Shown here: positions 26,303 to 35,627 of the stretch, piece by piece
Numbering within the stretch: position 1 is the stretch's first letter
Layout of the letters: every line of letters starts with the position of its first letter
Source: a virus
Taxonomy: Duplodnaviria; Caudoviricetes
Virus record (IMG/VR): IMGVR_UViG_3300021167_000258
Span: 6,162 to 70,161 of that record
DNA length: 64,000 bases
Strand: one strand, 5' to 3'
Notes under the pieces: generated by a model
Seen by the model: the letters and a program-made list of their open reading frames with translations, nothing else
Database searches by the model: none
What the model was told of the DNA's origin: nothing
Program-made: the position numbers and the translations under genes

Positions 26303-27633
26303 TATATTTCCTCCACCGTTGTTTCTTTGATTTGCATAATGTCCTTTTCCATTCTCAAAATACACCCATACCCTCCACCTTTGCTGGTGACGTGGCTCTT
26401 GCCCTCGCGCTGAACTATGGGCTCAATCCTAGCCAATCCAGCCATCTCTTCTTCGGGGGTTTGGCATATGGCGAACGAGGCGTGGCAGTTGGCTACCTTA
26501 GCGAAGCTTCCCCCTAGGTCGCTCATTTTAAACGATTCCTTACCTACGGCTTCCTTAGTCACCTGAGAAGGGGCTATGGCAAAATATCCGTATCGCTTGT
26601 TTAGGTTGATGGCCTCAAAGTAAACTATCCCTATCTTCTCATACTCCTTCTTATTTCTATCGTAGGGGTTAGTGGGTATGAAGTGGTCTATGCTGTCGTA
26701 GATGATTACGTTCGGGACGAATCCATGAACCTCCTTAAGTTCTGCCAACCTTTCCTCAACGTCCCCCATAGAGGCCCTGAATGTGGGGTAAGAATCCACC
26801 CACATATTTCCCGTAGGTGCAAACTTACGAATCAGTGCAGCCATTGGCGCGAACTTGTAGGGGTCGTTGTAAACATCTACCGCTTTCGCTTCTAGGAAGT
26901 GCTGCATAGACCGGCGTAGAATAGACTTCTCCCCGTTCTCCGCATCTGCATAGTAAACCTTCAACCCCTGCTTTACAAGCCCTAGGGCTAAGTTTAGCAT
27001 CACCCCCGTCTTAAACGACTTTGGTGCGGCTGCGAATATGATTAGCTGAGGTGTGTAGAGTCCCCCTAAAGAGGTCATTTGGTTAAGTCCGTGCCAAGGC
27101 GTGGCGTATACTATGGTGGGATCGTTATCTAGCTTGGTGTGGGCATCGGTTAGGAGCCCTCCCTCGTTGATAAAGATACCGTTCTCGCCTCTACCCTGCA
27201 CTAACGCCCCTAGTTTGGCCTTACACGACAGCGTTAAATCCGCTACCTCGTGGGGTTCGGCTTCCCTCAACTTCCTAAGGAACTCCGCTACCTCTAACCC
27301 AGCCAGACTTCGCGTAACCTCCCCGTCTAGGTGGGATTGCACCTGCTCTAGCGGAACCTGCGGAACTAGGAATAACTGAGGAATGATTTCCTTTAGCTTG
27401 TGGTAGCTCTCCTCTACGGCCTTATCCCCTTCCAATTGCTCGGCAAGGAGTTCAAGTGCTCCCACTTGGGATGGGAGCACTTTATACCTAGCCACGTAGT
27501 CCTTTAGCAACTCCATTGCGGCTTGGTGCAACGGTTTGGTAAAGGTTTTGGCCGGTAGGTCCTTGACGTAGCGCTTGAGTTCGCGCTGCTGGTATAAGGA
27601 TTGCAGCAGCGCTACTTGAAAGTCTAGCGTCAT
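26302..27633 (-). CDS. dnaB: DnaB-like replicative helicase
   Basis: AAPKSFKT (Walker A variant), DAENG, IIYDSID, APSQV, DLGGSFAK. Confidence 0.85.
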   Translation of the reverse strand: MTLDFQVALLQSLYQQRELKRYVKDLPAKTFTKPLHQAAMELLKDYVARYKVLPSQVGALELLAEQLEGDKAVEESYHKLKEIIPQLFLVPQVPLEQVQSHLDGEVTRSLAGLEVAEFLRKLREAEPHEVADLTLSCKAKLGALVQGRGENGIFINEGGLLTDAHTKLDNDPTIVYATPWHGLNQMTSLGGLYTPQLIIFAAAPKSFKTGVMLNLALGLVKQGLKVYYADAENGEKSILRRSMQHFLEAKAVDVYNDPYKFAPMAALIRKFAPTGNMWVDSYPTFRASMGDVEERLAELKEVHGFVPNVIIYDSIDHFIPTNPYDRNKKEYEKIGIVYFEAINLNKRYGYFAIAPSQVTKEAVGKESFKMSDLGGSFAKVANCHASFAICQTPEEEMAGLARIEPIVQREGKSHVTSKGGGYGCILRMEKDIMQIKETTVEEI

Positions 27634-28650
27634 TTAGAATAGGATTACGGCATCGTCACTTATGGATACAGTTGAAATGGTAGCCCCAGCCGCACCAGGA
27701 TGTCCTCCCCCACCGTAGGCTTTACACACCTTACCCCAATCCTTCACGTAGGGGGACTTGTGGTTGTGGTCAAAATACATTCCAATCTTAACCTGTCCGG
27801 GACCGCTATCGCAGTAGCATAGCACACCCACAATTGAAGCAGCCTCGTCCTCGCTTAAGTGATCGGCTACGGCTGAGGTGAAGTCGTTGGCGTTGATAAC
27901 AAACATCTTACCTAAACATGGAATAGGTAAGGCGCTTTCGTGGTCACCCAAGATTGCGGTGGGAATACCCTCAACCTGCCGGTCTAAGTAAACGTCTAGG
28001 ATCTTACCTAAGCGCCCACGCTTGGTTAGGTCAGCCTTACGATAAGAGACAATGGCTTTACCGAAGTCGATCCACGACGCACCCTTTTCGTAGGTGGTCA
28101 AGAAATCGCCCTGAAAAAAGTCCCACTTACCGAAGTCAGGAACTGATTGTAATTTAGTTCTGGCGTAGAGCTGGAATGGTAATACATGTTCAGCATAACC
28201 AGCCTCTGCGTCTGTGGGGTTCTTATACCTCCACGTATCATACATGCCCAACAATTGAACTTGTGGAAGCATGCCCATGTGCCCAAAGAAGTAGTCCCAC
28301 GTCAACTCACACGCTGCTTTGGATATGTCTTGGATACCGTCGAACTTAACTCCGGTGTCAGCCATTTCTTTAATGCTGGATAGGTGGTGGTCTAGCCATA
28401 CCATAGACTCAGATAGCTCCTGCATTCTAAGCATGGTTGCTTTGGTTAGGCAGAAGTCCACAATCACTACCAACGCATCATTAGAAGCGCGTAATACTTT
28501 TTCCTCTGCCTCTCTAGTCAGGGGGTAGTCCATACCAATAAGGGTAATCGGGACTGGATTTGTTTTGGATTGCATAGCCTTTTCTGCTATAGCTGCGGAA
28601 CACAGACCGTCTAGGTCTGCTGAATGATAAATAATTAATACTCTTTCCAT
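27634..28650 (-). CDS. DHH/DHHA1 phosphoesterase
   Basis: YHSADLDG, VDF, LDHH, GGGGHPGAAG. Confidence 0.88.
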   Translation of the reverse strand: MERVLIIYHSADLDGLCSAAIAEKAMQSKTNPVPITLIGMDYPLTREAEEKVLRASNDALVVIVDFCLTKATMLRMQELSESMVWLDHHLSSIKEMADTGVKFDGIQDISKAACELTWDYFFGHMGMLPQVQLLGMYDTWRYKNPTDAEAGYAEHVLPFQLYARTKLQSVPDFGKWDFFQGDFLTTYEKGASWIDFGKAIVSYRKADLTKRGRLGKILDVYLDRQVEGIPTAILGDHESALPIPCLGKMFVINANDFTSAVADHLSEDEAASIVGVLCYCDSGPGQVKIGMYFDHNHKSPYVKDWGKVCKAYGGGGHPGAAGATISTVSISDDAVILF

Positions 28651-29084
28651 AGGTCCTAAAATTAAGATTCGATAATATGAAAAATATTCATTCCTTTACA
28701 TCTTGGGCATTCAAGCACTAGGGGCTCACTCTCTAATAATTCAGCCGGGAATACAGCCACATGGGTATCTCCACACAAATCACATTTAACTAACTCTGAG
28801 CACCACTTACCATTCTCCTCAGATTCTGGGTTTAATTGGTTCTGCCAGTATTCGTTTAATTGATTCTCTAATGAGTCTATAGCAACCAATGCATCAGCCT
28901 CGTTAAGAGTAGCTACTCCAATAGTAAGGGTTTGGAACATGGCAGAACATCCTAAGAAGAATGCTCTTCTCATTTCTCTACGCTGGGTAGCGGGCAATTT
29001 TTTCTCTGCCAACCCTAATCTACGCAGGTGAATTTGGTAAATTTCTTCTAAGTTAAAGGTGGTTTTCATACGTCCTAAAATTAA
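28648..29084 (-). repeat. 18-nt direct repeats TTAATTTTAGGAC(G/C)TATG flanking gene 28662..29069
   Basis: Copies at 29067-29084 and 28648-28665, one mismatch. Confidence 0.8.
28662..29069 (-). CDS. Hypothetical protein with C-terminal Zn ribbon
   Basis: CDLC...CPRC; AT-rich. Confidence 0.7.
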   Translation of the reverse strand: MKTTFNLEEIYQIHLRRLGLAEKKLPATQRREMRRAFFLGCSAMFQTLTIGVATLNEADALVAIDSLENQLNEYWQNQLNPESEENGKWCSELVKCDLCGDTHVAVFPAELLESEPLVLECPRCKGMNIFHIIES

Positions 29085-29087
29085 AAA

Positions 29088-29113
29088 TTTGGGATAGAAT
29101 TAACTACCCCAAA
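29088..29113 (-). terminator. Intrinsic terminator of the late/lysis transcript
   Basis: TTTGGGGTAG-TTAATT-CTATCCCAAA followed by TTTTT on the minus strand. Confidence 0.65.
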
Positions 29114-29141
29114 TTAATATCAAAATATTTACAATTGCAAA
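29110..29141 (-). promoter_or_regulatory. Promoter for the primase/helicase block
   Basis: Minus strand TTTG, 20-nt spacer, TTAATTTG. Confidence 0.65.
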
Positions 29142-29161
29142 CTTTTTGCAAAATTTATTTT

Positions 29162-29710
29162 CTAAAAATCTAGGCTTCCTTTTATAAGGAAAGCAGTAGA
29201 ACTTTTAAATCCCACCACCTCAGCACCTAAGCGGTAGCGTCCGTGTATAACCCCGCCCCCTGCGCTCCAGCCCCATCCAATACCTACTTGGACGTATTTG
29301 TTGTGAGTAGGGTCTTTATTCGGGCAAGGAATTGGCACGGGCACGAAATCCTTCACGGTGGTAGTGATGTAGCGCGGAACCTTTAGGGAGTAAGTGACCC
29401 CTCTATTTAGTATTTTCCCCTTCACGGAATCAGAAACCACGATTAGAATATCATCTGTTTCGGTGGTGTCCTTGTAGAAGCTAACGCTATCCTTTACGCT
29501 TACCGGAACTGGGGCCTTTACAGGCACCTCCACATACGTTGGAACGTAGGTGGTATCTCTAATGGTATCGTTGGGAAGGTTAGCTACTGTATACAGGCTG
29601 TCCATGAAGTCGGTGCTTACCACTACCGTTCCCGGTTTTACAACAGGAAAGAAGAATAGGTAAGCACATACTAGCAACAATGCTACGACTAGTCCGGAAA
29701 GTATTTTCAT
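29162..29710 (-). CDS. Candidate spanin (N-terminal TM, C-terminal beta-strands ending in Phe)
   Basis: Last gene of the lysis cassette; MKILSGLVVALLLVCAYLFFF...AFLIKGSLDF. Confidence 0.5.
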   Translation of the reverse strand: MKILSGLVVALLLVCAYLFFFPVVKPGTVVVSTDFMDSLYTVANLPNDTIRDTTYVPTYVEVPVKAPVPVSVKDSVSFYKDTTETDDILIVVSDSVKGKILNRGVTYSLKVPRYITTTVKDFVPVPIPCPNKDPTHNKYVQVGIGWGWSAGGGVIHGRYRLGAEVVGFKSSTAFLIKGSLDF

Positions 29711-30159
29711 TGTGGGAATAGTTTATCTCTTTTGGCTTTAAGTATAGTAGTATGGTTCTTACCAAACCCCGCGACTCGATCTAGCCCAAATCCCCACAGC
29801 AATGCCGTAAACGGTGTTAGGTCCACTCCCACTATATCCGAGAAGAACCTAAGGCATACGAAGATTAAAAGAATAGTGGCTATAAATCGCTTAATATTGT
29901 CTAGGGTAAAGAACTGCCAACTCCACGTATAGGGAGTCTTGGGCGAACTCTTGTCCCGGTCGCGCACATCCAGCCATAAATGAATTACTGCCCCTACTAG
30001 GGCCATGAGAAAGTATCCCAGAAATTGGCCTACGCTGAGGTCACCTAGGAAGATTACTTTAACGTCCTGCAGCGGCACTTGCGCCAAGACTGGGGAAATA
30101 ATCAGGCCCAGAAAGGCCAGAATACTTGCCACCACCACTGCTACTTTAAATTTTTGCAT
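29707..30159 (-). CDS. Holin-like multi-TM protein
   Basis: Three to four hydrophobic segments, basic C-terminus, adjacent to the endolysin; start moved to ATG30159. Confidence 0.55.
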   Translation of the reverse strand: MQKFKVAVVVASILAFLGLIISPVLAQVPLQDVKVIFLGDLSVGQFLGYFLMALVGAVIHLWLDVRDRDKSSPKTPYTWSWQFFTLDNIKRFIATILLIFVCLRFFSDIVGVDLTPFTALLWGFGLDRVAGFGKNHTTILKAKRDKLFPQ

Positions 30160-30169
30160 AGTGAGTTGA

Positions 30170-30631
30170 TTAAGGATTAACAATAACTAAGGACTTGGTA
30201 TCGGTAAAGGATACAGCCGAGTGCAGCCACGATACGTTGTCCTCGATAATAGTAATGCCCAAAGATACATAATTTTCTTTTATGTAGTCACGGATAACCT
30301 CGGCATCGAAGTTTTTGAATACCTTATCGGAAGCGTTACCTTCCCGGTGGTCGCTTAACTCTCCCCCTTCTTTGTACCACGTTGGCCTCCATCCCCTAAA
30401 CTGGAAGCGTCCACCATCCCACCAATCGTTCAGCGTAACGGGGCCAAACTTATCCCTAAGCATTTGGTCTGATTTGATTAGGTTGGGGTTGATTTTTCTT
30501 TTTAGGATGCTCATGTAAGTCATGTAGGGCATGCCGTAGAACTTGCTTCCCTTGGTTTGGAAAGCCATGTAAGTATCCTTGGGAATATATTCATCTAAGA
30601 ATAGATTCTCCGATAACTGAATGCGTATCAT
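30170..30631 (-). CDS. Endolysin, peptidase M15 family
   Basis: SDHREGNASD (H-x6-D) and WLH Zn ligands. Confidence 0.8.
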   Translation of the reverse strand: MIRIQLSENLFLDEYIPKDTYMAFQTKGSKFYGMPYMTYMSILKRKINPNLIKSDQMLRDKFGPVTLNDWWDGGRFQFRGWRPTWYKEGGELSDHREGNASDKVFKNFDAEVIRDYIKENYVSLGITIIEDNVSWLHSAVSFTDTKSLVIVNP

Positions 30632-30930
30632 TTCTTGTCCTTTTTTAATAAGTAATCGTAAATGGCCGTAACCTTCTTATCCATGTTATCCCACTTATCG
30701 TTGTTGGATACTTCTACATCTTTAATCCTGGTAGATACCTCCTGCTTGTAATCCTTGAACTCGGATTTTTCCACCTTCTGGTCTACCTTAGCTTGCATCT
30801 CTTTGCTGTCGGATCTGCTATACCCCCATGCGGCCATGCCTATACTAATAAGTAGGGAGCATGATATGTTTACAATTATCATAGTGCGCTGGAATCGCTG
30901 TTTTTCTCGCTCGGTCATTTCTTTTTCCAT
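30628..30930 (-). CDS. Single-TM coiled-coil lysis-cassette protein (holin/antiholin-like)
   Basis: One TM segment followed by a charged coiled coil. Confidence 0.55.
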   Translation of the reverse strand: MEKEMTEREKQRFQRTMIIVNISCSLLISIGMAAWGYSRSDSKEMQAKVDQKVEKSEFKDYKQEVSTRIKDVEVSNNDKWDNMDKKVTAIYDYLLKKDKK

Positions 30931-31250
30931 AATAGTAAAACAATCAGTGAGATAACCAGTAGAGAAACACTTGTTACTATAGACCAGTTATTTACCCACC
31001 TATGGGAATAGTCATAATCAATGACAAAGAACACCGTTAATGCTAGGGTAAAAATAAAGGCTATACAGAAGGTCACTTTCCTGTAGGTAATAATCTCGTC
31101 CGACATAAGCGCTAGAAGCAAGAATAGGATAAACACCTCCTTGTTTACTTGATAGAATGTCCACCATACTGGCGAAGAATCCCCGAATATCCAGTACAAG
31201 CTCATAGCAAACAGGTAAATATTTACCCAAATTCCTACCTTAGTTCTCAT
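30915..31250 (-). CDS. 4-TM membrane protein
   Basis: Four hydrophobic segments in 111 aa. Confidence 0.7.
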   Translation of the reverse strand: MRTKVGIWVNIYLFAMSLYWIFGDSSPVWWTFYQVNKEVFILFLLLALMSDEIITYRKVTFCIAFIFTLALTVFFVIDYDYSHRWVNNWSIVTSVSLLVISLIVLLLWKKK

Positions 31251-31253
31251 CGT

Positions 31254-31316
31254 CTACCTTTTAGGTCCAGGAGGACGAGTTTCTTGTGGCACATATGTTT
31301 TAGGTTTCTTCTTCAT
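31254..31316 (-). CDS. 20-aa basic, Pro-rich peptide
   Basis: MKKKPKTYVPQETRPPGPKR*; stop 3 nt before the next ATG. Confidence 0.45.
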   Translation of the reverse strand: MKKKPKTYVPQETRPPGPKR

Positions 31317-31328
31317 ACTATATAGGTA

Positions 31329-31547
31329 TTAAGTTGGTGTGTATGCGAGGTTAAGGGATTCTATCTCATCCAGCACTTCTTGCTCAGTATTTTTAGCAAT
31401 TAATCCGCTACCTGTTTTAAGCGCAAGAACTGCTTCGTTACCTTCGGGGATGTGCGTAATCATATTATCTACTACTGCACCATTCTCGTAGATAGCAATA
31501 TATGCTTCTCCTTTTATTACTTGCAGCTGTCTCGTTACTAGTTCCAT
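31329..31547 (-). CDS. Small protein following the fibre gene (possible chaperone)
   Basis: 72 aa. Confidence 0.6.
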   Translation of the reverse strand: MELVTRQLQVIKGEAYIAIYENGAVVDNMITHIPEGNEAVLALKTGSGLIAKNTEQEVLDEIESLNLAYTPT

Positions 31548-31551
31548 GTCT

Positions 31552-31767
31552 TTAAATATAAGGGTTTGTTATTCCGTCGGCTAAAATCTTAGCCTCACAC
31601 AAGGCTGCATTCGTGCCTTGGTATAGGTGCTTTTCTGTGTCTTGGTAGTTGGATATGAACATTGCTGTCCCGTCCAGCTCTATTATTGGGGTCTCCATTA
31701 CCTTCGTAATAGGGTCAAATACAAACAAGGCACAACACACTTTATCTACTATTGCTAATGTTGCCAT
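31552..31767 (-). CDS. Small protein following the fibre gene (possible chaperone)
   Basis: 71 aa. Confidence 0.6.
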   Translation of the reverse strand: MATLAIVDKVCCALFVFDPITKVMETPIIELDGTAMFISNYQDTEKHLYQGTNAALCEAKILADGITNPYI

Positions 31768-31768
31768 A

Positions 31769-33037
31769 TTATACAGTTCTTACTATTATTGTTGCGGTAA
31801 ATCCTGCTGCGGTAAACTTGGCTAAAATTCCGAGCAAGTCAATATTACTTCCTGCACCTGTTGGAATACCCATTGTGGCTCCGCTAAAATTTATAGTTAT
31901 TGATTTTGTCGGGATATTAGAAGCATGGTAACTATTGATATACGCTAGGATAGAATCTATCATAGTAGAATTAAAATAGGCGTTGCTACAATTAAATGAA
32001 TTAAAGTTTTTAGTATACACTTTGCTTACATCAGCTATCCCCGTTATTTGAGTATCAGCCACAAGTATTCCTACGCAACTACCAGTTAATTCCGCATACA
32101 ACAACCCACTAAAATTAGTTTGTTGAACATTAAACGTGTTCGGTGAATAAACAGACTTAAAGGAAGGGTGGCTGCCAAAGAATGGGTTAGTTCTGATTTG
32201 CCAAGTATTTATAAGAGTCAATGAATCTGTTGCGGATACTGTGATAATCCCAGCATTACCTCCTTTTGAATATGCCGGAAGTGAGTTCTGCGAAACAATA
32301 ATCCCATCAAAATTCCACTTCAATGCTTGCCCAGTTTTCGCAACTACCCTTGTAGTCAAATCTCCGCTGGTGGTCAGTAAGTAAATCCAATCAGCCGTAG
32401 TCTTATTTAATCCAGATGGGCCGAAGGTTTTGAAGTAGTTCTGGGAGACGTTAGTGGTTACAGTTATGTTTCCAATCTCAAACCAATCTCCAACCTGAGC
32501 AGCTGCAACGCCCCTACAATAGAACACTAGTAGGGCCGTGGTCGAAGGGTTGGTAGAAATTATTGTTTCCTGTTTTGCTGCCCCAGTATTCGCTGGGAAA
32601 ACTGGAAGGACAACATTTGACCCTACTAAGTTAAGCGCAATACCATTATTGCTCCTATGAGTAAAAGTGATGTTATAAACTATACCAGTGGGAAAAGAAA
32701 ATTCCGAATATACTAAAGCATTTGTTCCTGTTGACAATATTCTCTGTGCCCTACCTAAAAAGCCGTTGCCAGTCACAATAGATGTTGTCCCTCCAGAAGA
32801 AGTAAATCTATCGGCCAAACCATCCGCATTAGTATCTATCCAATCCGTAGCATTTAGCCCTCCCCCATTAGGCACAAGGTTTTCCACATAGTCAGGCTTC
32901 ATCCTTCGCTTAAACTCTGTAGCGATAGCATCAGAGTATGTTCCGGGGTTTAACTGGACGTAGGAGGACCACATCTTTGATGCAAAGTCCCCAGAAGGTT
33001 TGCTACTTAATACTCCTAAGTTTACTCCTAACGACAT
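31769..33037 (-). CDS. Putative receptor-binding or fibre protein
   Basis: Gly/Thr/Asn-rich and beta-rich, jelly-roll-like middle, AT-rich. Confidence 0.55.
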   Translation of the reverse strand: MSLGVNLGVLSSKPSGDFASKMWSSYVQLNPGTYSDAIATEFKRRMKPDYVENLVPNGGGLNATDWIDTNADGLADRFTSSGGTTSIVTGNGFLGRAQRILSTGTNALVYSEFSFPTGIVYNITFTHRSNNGIALNLVGSNVVLPVFPANTGAAKQETIISTNPSTTALLVFYCRGVAAAQVGDWFEIGNITVTTNVSQNYFKTFGPSGLNKTTADWIYLLTTSGDLTTRVVAKTGQALKWNFDGIIVSQNSLPAYSKGGNAGIITVSATDSLTLINTWQIRTNPFFGSHPSFKSVYSPNTFNVQQTNFSGLLYAELTGSCVGILVADTQITGIADVSKVYTKNFNSFNCSNAYFNSTMIDSILAYINSYHASNIPTKSITINFSGATMGIPTGAGSNIDLLGILAKFTAAGFTATIIVRTV

Positions 33038-33047
33038 ACCCGTAGTA

Positions 33048-33362
33048 TTAAACTGTTTCGGCTACAATATCCCCAGCCACTGAACCGTTAACCGATCCAT
33101 TTGAAGCGCTGGTCCATACCTTCTTAATTAGTTCTACATTCAAACCCTCATGGAATGGAGTTAATACAGCCTCCCCTACTGTAGCATGAGTTTCCCCCCA
33201 TAAGGTGACCATCAACTTGGTTGAGGCTGCACACTTTAACTTAAACGGTTTTAGGGTTACGCCATCGCTCATGGTGTAAGTAAAATCTGCCGCTGAAACG
33301 TTAACGGCTTTATGTTTGGTAGGACACGCTAGCGCGTTTACGTCCCCTTGGTATATTTCCAT
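33048..33362 (-). CDS. Small structural protein (putative)
   Basis: 104 aa in the tail region. Confidence 0.6.
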   Translation of the reverse strand: MEIYQGDVNALACPTKHKAVNVSAADFTYTMSDGVTLKPFKLKCAASTKLMVTLWGETHATVGEAVLTPFHEGLNVELIKKVWTSASNGSVNGSVAGDIVAETV

Positions 33363-33368
33363 GGCTAC

Positions 33369-33384
33369 AATTTTTGTAAAGATA
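33369..33384 (-). promoter_or_regulatory. Late promoter-like element
   Basis: TATCTTTACAAAAATT; similar elements at 37136-37151, 48000-48015 and 63984-63999. Confidence 0.45.
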
Positions 33385-33388
33385 GTAA

Positions 33389-33583
33389 TTATTCAGGTTC
33401 CATATCTTTTTTAGGCACAAATTCTGCTGCTAAAAGTTCATCTACTACCACAATAGCCCCCTCTATCCTAAATATGGTTTTTGTTACTTCCGTAACTAGG
33501 CTTTCGTAGTGGTGGAGTTTGGCCATGTTTTGATCCATGCTAGCCACTAGTTCTTGCTTCTTTGCTTCTAATACTTCTTTCAT
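33389..33583 (-). CDS. Coiled-coil protein (start moved to ATG33583)
   Basis: MKEVLEAKKQELVASMDQ...; heptad pattern. Confidence 0.6.
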   Translation of the reverse strand: MKEVLEAKKQELVASMDQNMAKLHHYESLVTEVTKTIFRIEGAIVVVDELLAAEFVPKKDMEPE

Positions 33584-33584
33584 A

Positions 33585-35627
33585 CTAAGGATTTGCCATA
33601 TTAACCTCAACTGCTTTATCCCAGTGCGGGGAAGCAGTGTTATGCGCTAGTAGTTTCAAATACAAAAAATATGCCCCGAAAAAGTATACTTTACCATTAG
33701 CAATGGTACCTACTAAGTAATCATTTCCAGAGGTATAAATACTTGCCGTCTTATTACCAATTGAATCTATGTTTATATCAATCTCACACCTATCATACGT
33801 GCTACTAATTAAAGGTAATTTTATAGCACAAATATAACTACTTACAATAGATACTATCTTACCATAATCAGCAGAAGTTAATACAATTGGAGTTACTACT
33901 GTGGACGATAATCCGTTGTAGTAACTAGCATTTAAGGTCACGGATGGGTATATCCTATCTGAGGTGTTTGAGGATATGGTGAATACATCAGACCCTACCA
34001 CTAAAACTTTCCCAACAAAAGCATTAGGGGTAAAATTGGATGTATTATAATAGAAAGAGGCGGTATCGTTATTAGTAATATTCCCTGTATACAAACTAGC
34101 CGAAGCAGTATATGTAACCGCAGTTTTTTTAAAAGGTATCCCTTGACCTATAATCCCATTTACGTTGTCGTAAGTTATCCCAGTAATTCCTCCAAACACT
34201 CCATCAGCATTATACTGTAGTTGGGTAGTCAATCCTCCAGGACTTCCCCCTGATAATATCTGTGTAGCAAAGACAGTATCAAAAGCAGACGCTACCTCTA
34301 AAGGAGTAGTTGAACTTTTTTCACTAATAATCCTGCCCACTAATATTGTATGGGAAGTAATAATTGGGGGAAGATCACTAGGAACAACAGATGCCTTAGC
34401 CTCGGACTGAGAATAATCCCCGGTTCCATAAACGTAATAAATATGCTTGTTGGTTTCCACACCCCTAAATACAAACACCACACAATACCTATTGTTGGTT
34501 AAGGTGGCTACGTTGGCACCATTTTGATATAAGGTGGTATCGAACACATTGGTTACGGTAGAAGTCCATACCCCTGCCACCTTTGTAAGTGCTAAAGTAG
34601 TTCCCCCTGCGTCCCCTTGAGTGTATTGATCTATGACACGTTTAACACCTCCTATCCAGATCACCCCAGAAGTTAACGATATTTTGTTGGTAGCTACCAC
34701 TGATATAGCTATCCCACTCTCTCTCCTATACCGCTGAGTTTTAACTATAGACTGATGAATCTTATCTACCTTAGCGTTGCCTAAAGTATCCCAAGGAGTA
34801 GTATGTAACCTAATACCATCCCTATAAACAGACATAACCGGGAGAATGGTAGTCTCGTTTATACTTGATACATCTGTAATTAATTGTAGTATAGGTGTTC
34901 CTGAATTGTAGTTGGCTACAACGTAAGAGTAAGCATTATTGGTAGGGGTAAACGTTGCCCCTGCTACTGTATATTCTAATGCGTACCCACTTCCTTCTGG
35001 GTTGTCGTAAATAGAGTATTTTTTAGTTGGGATAGTGAAAGTCCCGTTACCATTATCAGTGAATGAATCATCATCCAAACAACCACTACTGGTATACCTA
35101 TTGATTAACCCCAATGTAACCGATTTTCCACCTCTCCATCCAGTGGATAACAGATTAAAGAACTTTATGCCGTCTCCTAGGGTTACCTTAGTTAGATTAA
35201 CCTCATCAATTCCAGTTCCAACTCCATGGAATCCGCGATGCCTCCAGATTATATCCTTCTCTATTGGAAGGGCGTAGTCTATAGCCGAGGCATCCAACCT
35301 TCTATAATTTACCGGGCTAACGTATGGGGACTGACCACTTCCCACCGACTTGTATACGTAGGCACTCCTTCCCTGCTGAGGCCCCATATCCTCCCCAAAA
35401 GAATCCAATACCCTAATAACTTTAGTGAGCGTTCCCGATACTACTTGAGTAATCTCAAATATATGCCCAACGTAATCCATTAAGTAACACTCCCCCACTA
35501 TAATTTCAGCAGTATACCCACCAGGCTCATTTGGGTTGGTGGGGCTAACCGTGCATTCGTAGTGGGTAGCATCTATTTTGATTACGCTAGCTACCTGAGT
35601 CTCCCAGTTTAGTTCAGGTAAGTACAT
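33585..35627 (-). CDS. Tail fibre/spike protein
   Basis: 680 aa, Thr/Ser/Gly-rich; SPGGLTTQLQYNADGVFGG linker. Confidence 0.65.
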   Translation of the reverse strand: MYLPELNWETQVASVIKIDATHYECTVSPTNPNEPGGYTAEIIVGECYLMDYVGHIFEITQVVSGTLTKVIRVLDSFGEDMGPQQGRSAYVYKSVGSGQSPYVSPVNYRRLDASAIDYALPIEKDIIWRHRGFHGVGTGIDEVNLTKVTLGDGIKFFNLLSTGWRGGKSVTLGLINRYTSSGCLDDDSFTDNGNGTFTIPTKKYSIYDNPEGSGYALEYTVAGATFTPTNNAYSYVVANYNSGTPILQLITDVSSINETTILPVMSVYRDGIRLHTTPWDTLGNAKVDKIHQSIVKTQRYRRESGIAISVVATNKISLTSGVIWIGGVKRVIDQYTQGDAGGTTLALTKVAGVWTSTVTNVFDTTLYQNGANVATLTNNRYCVVFVFRGVETNKHIYYVYGTGDYSQSEAKASVVPSDLPPIITSHTILVGRIISEKSSTTPLEVASAFDTVFATQILSGGSPGGLTTQLQYNADGVFGGITGITYDNVNGIIGQGIPFKKTAVTYTASASLYTGNITNNDTASFYYNTSNFTPNAFVGKVLVVGSDVFTISSNTSDRIYPSVTLNASYYNGLSSTVVTPIVLTSADYGKIVSIVSSYICAIKLPLISSTYDRCEIDINIDSIGNKTASIYTSGNDYLVGTIANGKVYFFGAYFLYLKLLAHNTASPHWDKAVEVNMANP

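Noticed and set aside
26302-26365. 64-nt overlap between dnaB and ORF 26084..26365
   Set aside because: The true start is most likely ATG26302 (TAATG coupling), which removes the overlap.
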